Source of the DNA: Paragordius varius
Lineage: Eukaryota; Animalia; Nematomorpha
Direction: 5' to 3'
Length of the DNA: 64,000 bases
Assembly (NCBI GenBank): GCA_964247055.1
Contig: OZ176054.1
Span: forward strand, 8,432,001-8,496,000
The notes under the pieces are model-generated. The model saw only the letters and a list, made by a program, of their open reading frames with translations. It was not told the origin of the DNA and did not search any database. Positions within the stretch are counted from its first letter, which is position 1, and every line of letters begins with the position of its first letter. This document shows, piece after piece, positions 39,201-49,780 of this stretch. The translations under genes and the position numbers were made by a program.

Positions 39201-42200
39201 AACACGATTTTGTGGACTTCTGTTTTCAAAAAAAACCCGTTTTTCATACGGGGTGGGCCCGAACTGGGGGCCTATTTCAAAAAAAGGGCGAAGCTATTGT
39301 CGGGACATTTATTAATGATTATATTTTTTCGATATTTGGATTTGATTGGGTCTACCGATTTTCCTGTACCAGATCACAAAGCCAGCATTTTCCATTTTTA
39401 TAAATATATAGATTTACAGTCTTATGTTTAAAATTTAATAAAAAATATATATATGTCTATATAATATTGGAATGCGGCCCGTCATTTTAGTCGCAAATTA
39501 GGACCGCGAAACTATTTGTGTTGTACACCCATTAGAGTAAATAATTTTCTCATTGAGTTAATCTTATTACTAAAACGATGGCTTGTAATATAATTGTCTG
39601 TGACATATTTAAATTTCGACAGGCTACGATTAGATTATGTCTGCCTATGATACACATTGTTAGACAATATTGGAATTAAAATATCTTCTTTCCGAGACAA
39701 ATCATAAATGGCCCATTACTCAAAAATCTAAAAGTGGAAAAATTTAGATATTGAACCAATACTTTTTTAAAAAAAATATTATTATTCATTGTTTTTCATC
39801 CAATCTTTGAAGATAATTTAAAAAAATGGTATAGTAAAATAGTGATAGTTTATGAGCAGGATTGGCTTAAATTGATTTATTTTACAATATTATTTCGCTT
39901 AAAATTAATTGTTATCATCTGTTGTATGTGAACAGCTTTTTTTAAAAAAGCAAAAATGTTGCTTGAATTTTATGTGATAAATTTATTTCACCACAAAAAT
40001 AGATATTGGTTTCTTAATTAAAATGCGGAAAAAATAACATGTTAATTGTTTCTCGCCATTTCTTCACTTAAATAATGTTTTTTGAAACTAATAAATTTAA
40101 AATGTTTAAATAAAATAAAAAGGTAGGATGGTGTAATATCGATTTTATTCACATACATTAAATTGGAATTCGATACTTAAACCATAAAATCTTTAAACCT
40201 GAATTTTGAAAATCGTTTTTACTTTGGTTATAAAAAATATGATTGAATACAAAACACTGCACAAAATTGATAAAATATTTGAAGCTAGAAGGACGTATCA
40301 AAATTAGTTTTTAGGGGGTTATTAAAAACGTTCCAACTTCATCATAAAATCCAAAATTTAAATCACCCGTGCAAATAGATCAAACAGTAAAAGATTTTGT
40401 TACTTATATCTTGATCTGTGTTATCAAAAATCTCTCACACTAAATAGAAAAATATTACGTATATAATTGGAAGTTTAAGAGTGTCTTTTTTACCTTACGT
40501 CATTTCATAAAAATAATTAACAAACGCAGATGTATTATATTTACATATAGCCAATTAAAAATTTGAAAAGTATTATTTAATTGGCTAATAATTTTATAAT
40601 TGTAGGGGTTGTTTTTTTTATACATTTTAGTCCTTTAAAATATATGAGTACAATAGCTTATTTTTCATTTAATCCACGACATCAGTTTTTTTTTATGGTC
40701 TCCCAAATTATATCATTTATGTTTATTGTGTTATTTATACATAAAAATACCAATGTGGATTAGCAGTTTTAAAACACACTTGTCCTATTAAATTTTGAAT
40801 TTTAGCTATTACAAAGCTATCTAATTAAATGATTTTAAAAATTTGTGATTTTGGATAATTGTTGATTTTGTAAGTTTCAAAAATAAAAGCAGCATGAAAA
40901 TTCTGACATTTTTCCATAAAAATAGATATAAATTCATTCAAATATTTTTGAATCCTATTTTACTCTATGAATAAATAATTTGGATAAATTTTTAGATCTT
41001 TTAATACTACATTACCTTTTCACTTTTTTGTCCAAGTTTACCTTTTGGGGCTATTTTATATCCCAGAGCTAAATTTCGTATAAATAAACTAGTTTTGAAA
41101 GTTATTTTAGTTAAAATTTAATTACTATAGATTATTGTCGTTTAGATAAAAAAGTTTATATTTTTTACAATTTTGTGACTTCTAGAGCCTAAAATCGAAA
41201 CAGCTCCAAAACTGTTAAACGAACAGCTGATATTTAAAATATGTCAAGTTTTTACTGCTGGTAAAATGTAGCTTAAAAGCTTCTTTAAGAGAATTACTTA
41301 CATTTATATAATATACATTTATTTGTCCATAGAATTAGTAGCGATTCCAAAAAATTTAAAGAAAAAATAGCGGCAAAAATTTTTTACAATTTTGAATTTT
41401 TTAAAAAACATTTTTTGTATAATGTTCCTCAAAGATTACAGAATGCATATTTTTAAATTCGGCTCAATACCTTAGATAATTTTTATTGTTCAAGTTTCAA
41501 ATGGCTCTGGGGTATAAAACTATCCCAAAAGGTAATAGGGTGTTAATGCACAAATCAACAGTTTAAATTTTTATCTGGCAACAGTAATAATTAAAAATTA
41601 TAGCGTTTTTATCTGTTTAAATTTATGTAGCAAATTAACAAATAAAACAATAAAATTGTAGGAGACTGTGAATGGAGCATCGATGGCTATGGCTATAATA
41701 TAATATAAATTAACACTCTCCATTGAAAAGCTATATAGTAGAATTACAATAAATCAATCATTAATTTTTTATTTTAATTTGAATTCTAGCATCCACATCC
41801 TAATAAATTAAACAATAATTAAATCGAAAAAAAATGTATTTATAAAGTGAGGCACACGATAATATGCATCCAAATTATGAATAAATATGTGGACTCCTAA
41901 AAATAAAATTATTATTAGTCTTGACTAAGCACGAACATTAACTGTGTACCAACTTATAATGAAATTTATCAATTTTATATAAATTTTATCCAAAACCACA
42001 CGTATGAGACTTACGATTGCAATCCTAAAAAATTGCTATAAAATGTTAATTGAAACATAGGAGTTGAAACAATGTTTTTATTATTATAGCCAGTCCTTTT
42101 TAACATAAATTGTTCGTTCGGGCCGATAAAATACAAATCACCTTTTGGCATGCAAATGAAATTATGAATGATTAAAAATTGGAACATGTTAAATTAAGGA

Positions 42201-45200
42201 AATGCTAACTTAAGTTTAGACTCTAAAATTTACAAGACTGCAAAAAATAAAACTTTTTTTATTTATGATATTTTAATGATCAAACATTCAATTTAGGGAG
42301 GTATAATGATTCCGGTGAGCCCATATATTTTACAATGTCGAAAATTTTTCAAAATTGCTATTACCAAATGATTTATTTGTTATATGATATTTATTTTATC
42401 ATAAATGCATAAATAAAGTGTTTTAATTATAATAAAATAATATATTTCGGGTAGATACATAAATTTCCTTGCATTATCGGACCTTTTCTCATGCATTATG
42501 ATGATCCCTTGGCCAGTCCTTCAACTCATGGCGCATACCAAACGGTGGCCACTCAATTATAGTTTTGAATGGAACTTCTTTTTGGCCCACATCAGTTTTG
42601 TCCTTATTAACGGTTTCATGAAAACTGGGATCCTTATAACTTGCGCCCTAACAGCTGATCGATATACGGCTCTGTATTTCCCACTCCGTTACAAGGATTG
42701 GAGTAAGCCATCACGGGTTAATTGGATCATAGCTTCATGTTTTATTTTATCGTTTGGCCTTATGATACCACGGACATTTAAATTCAAAGTTTTTCAACTA
42801 TCAACTCGGAAACCGGAAAGTTTTATTGGGTATTACAAAAAGGCACGTGGTCTCTTTTTATCCAATGATGAAGAGTTTAGTAATTATAATATTACTAATT
42901 TTAATAATAATACAAATATCTCAACAACTTTAGCACCGAGCCCAGTATTTAACCATAGCAACTATTATTTCACTTTAAACAAGCATTATAAAACGCACAT
43001 TGCTCTTATATATGATTGGATACGGGAAATCGTGCTAACAATCATTCCCTTAATCCTAATTATTTTTCTTAACATTCAAATACTGGTTAAATTTCGAGAG
43101 GTTATGCATAAAAAACTCAATCTCACAAAACAGAAAGTAGTAACCAATGAGAATGTGGTTCCTAATCAGAATCAACTTGAAACAACTGCCGATAAAAATA
43201 TTAGCTACGAGGGAGCCAATGATGAATATAACTCTGAAACCATCTATTCCAAAAATCAAGGTATATTTGCGTTCACTAAAATAAAATAAGAATTATAAAA
43301 GGTAAATACAAACACTGTTAAAATATATATTTCACCCAAATAATTAAAAAGTTGTTATATCTATTTTAATAGTTGGTTCGATGAATGTTCTTAAAGACCG
43401 TGGTTATGACCAATATAAATACCAGAAAAATGGATATATCAAATGTTATAAAATAAAAAAAATATTATTTAACTAAACACTCATTACATTTTCAATTTTT
43501 TGTGTGAATTACATTTGGGGTAGTTATCTACCTCACAGCTTAAATTAGTAAACAATTTATTGTTTAATTTGTTTTATTTTAAATTTAATTCACTTCTGTA
43601 TTGAATAAAAATTAGATTTAACAGTTTTTTAACTTCTAAAGCTCCGAATTCAATCGCTTCAAAACACGATGGAAACGAACAGCTGATATTAAAATTAAAT
43701 ATCAAAAATTTGCTATTTCAAAGTTGATTATTTATATATTTCAACCATAATATGCATTTATTTGCCTGTTGTATTCACGATTTAAAAAATTAGAGAAAAT
43801 GGCAGAAAAAAGTTTTAAATGAGGATTCTACAATTTTATATTTTCTTTAAAAAAAATCTATCATACGCCTAAGCTAAAGAAAGCATATAAATTTAGCACA
43901 ATGCCAAAAATATTTTTTAAGATATTCAAAAGGTTATAAAATGTGAAAAACCGGTTTACATAGTAAGTATAAGCTATTTTTTGCCAATTGTGTTACAAAA
44001 ATTTATTTTATCTAATTATAAGGTTCGCTATATGAATACAGCGAGTACGATGATAAGAACGAAGATTATGATAGCGATGAGTTTGGTGAATTGGATAAAG
44101 ATACTGAAGGGAATTCCACATCTACAAATATAACTGTATCTTTGCCCACTGTACAACAACATGGAAACAACAATGGATCTCATACAGCAAAGTCAATGCG
44201 GCCATCTGTTTTACAATACAATAGTAATAATAATAATGTTAATAATGCTAATAAACATTTATCCATTCCACAAATTACAGTTGATTCACCCATAGAATCG
44301 AATTCCGAAGAGAGCAAAAGATTGTTAGAAAACACCAATCAATCCTTCAAAGAAACAGATCTTGATTCTCCAAAACAGCCAATAACAAATGCTCCAATAT
44401 ATATAGAAACTGATCTCGATGACAAGCTTAATCAAACAAAAACTTGTTTAAACAACATGCCAACTATAAATACGTGTAATCAACGGCTTTTAGGCCTCCC
44501 GCCAAAACGCATAGGTCCAAATCGACCCAAGCTACAAAAATCTCTGCAAACCGTTATGGCTAAACGGCGAAAAATAAGCCATTTGCCTGAAGCCTTCATG
44601 AGAACAGTAAAATCAGCCGGGGCAAAAATGTCACCGGTTAAAAGTAAGGCCACGACTCAAAATAAACAACAAAAAAAGAAGAAAGCCAAACACGAAAGGG
44701 ATGAAAGACGCTTAACTTCCATGTTAATCAGTATAGCAGTCCAATATATAATATGTTGTGTTCCACAAGCAATAACCGCCCTAATTGACAATCCGACTCT
44801 GCGACACGAAAATACGGCTTTCCGAATAAATATCATAATTACAAACGTGCTTGAGGCATCATATTATGTCCTAAACTTTTACGTGTACCTCCTTTTCGTC
44901 CAAGACTTTGCCAAACAAACTAAAAAGGCTTTACAATACGTTTTCAACAAGTAATTGGATGATTTTTAACACAGTATATTATTTTTTAATGACCACCAAT
45001 TTATGATTGACCTTGTAAGATTAGAATATTGAATACAACAGTATGTAATTTAGAATTATATAATTAAAAAAACGATATTGGTGAATTTTTAGCTAAACGG
45101 CTAATAAATTAAAAATATCAAGAGGAATTTACTCTCCAAGATAAAATAGATAAAATCTTTTAAGCAATTATTTGCACCTGCATACCATTCTGAACCATAC

Positions 45201-46279
45201 TTGTATTAAATTAATTTTTTTAATATGTAAAGCACACGGTGTGATTTATCATATTTTATAAGTTCTAGACCGTTTCTTTATTTATTAAAATATCAATTAA
45301 ATTATTTGTTGTAAGATAAGGATATGTTAAATTTTAAGACATTTCATCATTTTTTGGCTCTATTTGAATAAATTAAACTATTTAGGTAGGGATGAAACCG
45401 AAATCATTTTGGTTTTGTTTCTGGTCCCATATATATATATATTTTTAAATAGTACTTTCGAATTTTGATTTTAATTGAAAAATAGCTCATTTATTTTACC
45501 AATGTGTAGCCTCAAACTTTAAGTAACTACAAAAATTGTTCTAGAGTATTATTATCTAAAAACTAAAAATTTATATAAAATTTTTTTAACCTAAAACCGC
45601 GGTCCGTTAACAGTTCCAAAACCAAACTAATGTCCTTGACGGTTTTAAAAAGACTAATACGTTTCATAAATGCTGTGTAATAATCCCCGGGTTTTATTGG
45701 CAATATCAACAATCTATTTTAATTTCAATACCCGTTTAGATTTATTATCTGTTTATAAGAAAGATAATATAATGAAATAGTATGAAAATTAAAGTAGCAC
45801 ATTAACTGTTTATGTTTTAACTTACCATACTGATTGTAAAATTGTCTAACTTATATTAAGTAATTAATTTGGCCCCATCCCACTATAATGAAAATTAGGC
45901 CTTCATGTCCTTTGAAATAGTTATTAACCGATTAATTAAAATCATTTTTATTAATTGCATGGAGGTGTAAATTTATTAATATTTTGAATCAATTATCTAA
46001 ATTTTCGTAGGCAAAAGAAATATCCAGATTAAAAATTATACATTCAAAATGTTAATAATCTATTTTCAAAACATGTTTAAATATATGTTGGGCTCAATTA
46101 AAATGAATTTGTAATTTGTTACCTAAATTATACACATTAAATGCGTCATAATTATAAGAATTTTATTTGTTATTAACATAAATATGCATAATTTATAATA
46201 ATATATTCATTTATTTTTCCATCATAGATGCCATAATTCAAAAAAAGATGCAAAGGGTGAAACAAAAAACAAAAAATAA
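34779..46279 (+). CDS. Class A (rhodopsin-like) peptide GPCR, FMRFamide-receptor/B0563.6-like, about 693 aa
   Basis: Exons 34779-35074, 42455-43260, 44023-44950 and a probable terminal exon 46228-46279 join in phase. Motifs: TM1 GIFGN, TM2 LALSD, TM3 LTADRY, TM4 W..P, TM5 IIPL, TM6 CCVP, TM7 NFYVY. Without the last splice the ORF stops at 44954. Confidence 0.88.
36170..36198. repeat. (TA)n microsatellite in GPCR intron 1
   Basis: About 14 TA units. Confidence 0.9.
37638..39412 (-). mobile_element. Non-autonomous Helitron with canonical ends and internal tandem duplications, in GPCR intron 1
   Basis: On the minus strand the 5' end is A|TCTATATATTTATAAAAATGG (39412) and the 3' end is hairpin CTCGGGCTGCGTAGCAGCACGAG followed by CTAG|T (37638). 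Inserted between A and T with no TSD. Extra 5' termini at 38358 and 37782. Confidence 0.88.
41005..41542. mobile_element. piggyBac-like (TTAA) MITE family B
   Basis: TTAA on both sides. Inverted TTACCTTTTGGG..TAT..CCCAGAGC repeats with an asymmetric spacer. Related fragments near 43490-43960, 56300-56400, 60240-60660 and 61680-61770. Confidence 0.72.
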
Positions 46280-46649
46280 ACGATAGCACCTGATGGCAAA
46301 AAAGAAGTGAAAAGTATTGTCAAACAAGGATTGCCTTTTCATTATGACAAAGTTTAGTGGTGATATTGCAAAAATATGAAAAAAAAATTCAGTGTGATTA
46401 TCATTTATGTATATATATAGTGGAAAATTTTAATTTATGTAAATTTTGCATGTCAAATAATAAATTTGCAGAGCACAAATATCATGGTTGAGCAAAATTA
46501 TGATATAAAAAAAGTATTTCAAATTTTGTTGTACAAAACATATTTTATAATTGGCTACAAAACTCTTAATGATTATTCACTATTGAAATATCAAGATATA
46601 TGTCAAATTTTATAAAAACCTTAAAAAAGTTTGATAAATTATCTAAATT

Positions 46650-48433
46650 TTAAACTGAAGTGTATCTCATATACGGTTTGCCTGAAGGCAAAGGAAAAAC
46701 AGTGTGTTTGGGATAAAGTTTTTTAGCTTCGTCCTCTGACACATTTGGTTGGATCATACATTGTGTTCCCGGCTATAAAAATTTAACCATTGACAATTAA
46801 ATCAATTTTGTAAAAAATATTTTTTTAAATAATTTAAATATTTTTGCAAAAAAATTACTTTCCAATCCACTGGAGTTGCCACTTTTTCACGCGTCGTAAG
46901 TTGAATGGATTCAATGGCTCGTAAAATTTCACTGTGTAAATAAGTAAATTTGAAATTCATAAAAAATATTTTTTTTGTAAAAAAAAGTGTTTTTTGGTTT
47001 AGTTAATGGTGTCACATTAATAAAACGCAACTATTCAAATATATGGAAAAATTTAATTTGAGAAAAAAAAGAAAATTTTCAAAAAGACATAAATCGCAAC
47101 AATTGACATTAAAATAAATGTAGAATGATTATATAAATTAACGCTTTGGCATTGGTTTTAACTGTCGTATGTCACATTTTACAAATACTATTAGAGATCT
47201 CAAAATCAATGCACTTCAATTGAAACTTTTCTACAATTAAATGTTAAAAAACATGGATCGTTCATTAAACAAAATAGAGAGGGTTGGTACCTTTTAAAAA
47301 TAAGTCCACCGATTACTAACTAAATTTTTATTTATTCCTTAAGGCACCAAATTTGTTTAAAATATTCATATTTTTAAAATAATTGTCGTCCTAAAATGAA
47401 CTCTATATTAAAATACAAAAATAAAACCGTTCCTCAATAACTGAAACTAGAATAATTTTTTAAGAAGTTAAACTACCAGATTATTTTCAGCTGAAACCGA
47501 ATTCTAATTAAAGCTTAGATACAAGGCTCTGGTTAAATGATTCCGTTACCACCCCTATAATCCAAACATCGATAAAATTTAACAAAATTCTAATTACAAT
47601 GAGCAGGCAGGTAATATTGAAAGACGATAAGACACGACGCCACTCTTAAAATAGAATTAATTATTAATCAACTACCAGCCATTCGGTAGATCCTATACAA
47701 CATGGTTTGCAATAACCAAAGATCTCAAAACGCTTAATTTAAATAGAAAAATAGCCAAATCTAGAAATAAATAGAGAAAGTGCAACGCCATTTTATGGCA
47801 AATCCTTTTGCGTATGTATATACATGAGATGTAACAAAAGCTTTATACATATATGGTGCTAGAATATTATTAATTACTCGAAATTCCTGCCAGTAGTAGC
47901 TGGATACAAAAGAGAAAGCTTAAGCTTTTTGTCAGGACTGAAGAGATATACGGCTCTAGCAGTCAAAGGTATTCCTTGTGGACCAATTTCATCGGGATCA
48001 AACATACCCAATTTAGTTGCTATTTCACGTTTATGATCATCAATCAAAGGGTATGGGTAATCACCGCTTAATTTACCTAAACACTAAATTAAAAAAAGTA
48101 TGTTATAAATTCATATTTCAAAGATAACTGTATATATATAATATATATGAACCTGAATATCTTTAATCCAACCTTTATGCGCTTCCAACGTATCACAAGA
48201 TAAACCAATGGGTTTAACATTGTGCATCTCAAATTTTGACGCTAATTGCGCAGCTCTGGCCAATTCTGTCGTACATACTGGGGTGTAATCAGCGGGATGC
48301 GAAAAGAGAATCCCCCAACTAAAATGTATATTTAACCTTTATAAGCATACCTATTTCCAAAATAATCGTGTAATTTAAATTTTCCTGCAGTAGTAGAAAC
48401 TTCAAAATTTGGGATGGTATCTCCTAGCAACAT
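46650..48433 (-). CDS. PRDX6: Peroxiredoxin-6 (1-Cys Prx), about 216 aa
   Basis: Exons 48351-48433, 48153-48318, 47878-48083, 46859-46931 and 46650-46772 join in phase (introns 32, 69, 946 and 86 nt). Motifs: [53 protein letters not shown]. Confidence 0.96.
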
Positions 48434-48712
48434 GTTTTTTTAGTGACCCAACCGTAGAAAGTATTTTAAATCATAACCACCATGCCTCAGTACGAAATGC
48501 CTCAAATTTTAAAAATGATGGCCAAGGTATATTTATTGCATTAGTTTAGGATGGAACAGTCGATGTATTAAAGCGTATAGGTTTAACACTTTTGAAAAAC
48601 AATGGTATTATATCTAAGTTAGAATTTCTTGGCATAAAACAGTTACCTTACAAAATCAAAGCTCATGGTCATTCTAACCTTAAAGGACAGTAAATACATC
48701 ATTGACTCTTAG
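48319..48712. other. Micro-introns in PRDX6 (48319-48350, 32 nt, minus) and MRPS6 (48527-48549 and 48690-48712, 23 nt each, plus)
   Basis: All are GT...AG and each is required to avoid a frameshift or stop in a conserved protein. Confidence 0.93.
48434..48481. promoter_or_regulatory. 48-bp interval between divergent start codons of PRDX6 and MRPS6 (shared bidirectional promoter region)
   Basis: PRDX6 ATG ends at 48433 (minus) and MRPS6 ATG starts at 48482 (plus). Both N-termini align with orthologue N-termini. Promoter function is inferred. Confidence 0.7.
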
Positions 48713-49064
48713 ATATTTTATATGGGAATTTTACTCTCCACATAATCCTATTGATGATATAAAAGAAGAATTTTCTCGTGATTTAGATATAATAAAATCA
48801 AATATTATTAATTTAAATAATCCTCTGAGAAAGATTAACCATGAAAATTTTGTTGATAATTTAGAGATTGAAGATCAAGATAGCCCATATCTAACATACC
48901 AACATTATAATAAAACTATCAGATTAATGCGATATATGCCTAAACCCGTACAGTGTACTCTTCCAATCGAAAAAACTATTCCAGCTTTGCGCGATGAATT
49001 AAAGCAAAAACCTAGGTGGAAAAAAGCCTTAATACCAGGATATCATTATCCTAAAGGTCAATAA
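48482..49064 (+). CDS. MRPS6: Mitochondrial ribosomal protein S6 (bS6m), about 178 aa
   Basis: Exons 48482-48526, 48550-48689 and 48713-49064 are joined by two 23-nt GT-AG introns. Translation MPQYE..ILK..LKR..LEFLGIKQLPYKI.AH..G.YF..FYSP..SRDLDII matches the bS6 family; CTL..PALR..Y.P tail resembles arthropod mRpS6. Confidence 0.94.
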
Positions 49065-49780
49065 GCCAATAATTAATTATACATTAACCATTTAAATAAA
49101 TTATGTTAATTATTTAAAACCACTTTTTTGTAAATTTCTCAAACTTAAGAATCCTCTAACCCAAAAAAATATTATTAGAAGTTTAACCGATTTTTAGAGC
49201 TTACACTCATAAAAGGTAGCAAAAAAATGACTTTGGGTGATGATGTATTTTCAGCTCCTTGTATAAAGTTATTTGGCCATGCAATAATTCATTTTAATAC
49301 TCATACTTTATGGTTAATTGAGGCAATTTTTTCCGTATAACGTGCCCTTGTGTATTAGAAAATTGACTTAATGGGACTTTGTTAACCAATTACTTTGATT
49401 GTGGCCAGTTATATTAAATATATAGACCGTTTTTGGTTAATGCAATTCTGTGTTTCACGTGAATTATTTTCACTATGCTTTTTAGATATGTGTAGTTATT
49501 TCCATTCCAATAGACCCGTTGAAAGCCACCAAATAATATTAACTCTAGATTTTAATATTGGTAATTTAAATTTTTATGTCAATATAAGTTTTAATTTTGT
49601 TTATAACTAGGTGTGCCCCACGTTCACTCTGACTTTGACACTAGAATATATTTTTTGCAACCCAAACTGTTTTCAGTCCATACAAACTAGTTTTTTTTGC
49701 AGGCTTAATTTAAGATAGGGCTCTAATCAGCTGAAAAACTGTGGTGTTTAAACATTTTTTTTAAATGTTTAAAATTGCAA

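Noticed and set aside
38051-39431. Duplicated ORFs (38051-38371, 38137-38349, 39156-39431, 39191-39403) suggesting a small gene family
   Set aside because: They lie inside the tandem blocks of the minus-strand Helitron and have no recognisable domain. The same applies to ORFs at 2357-2727, 20519-21248, 49765-49953 and 15290-15490.
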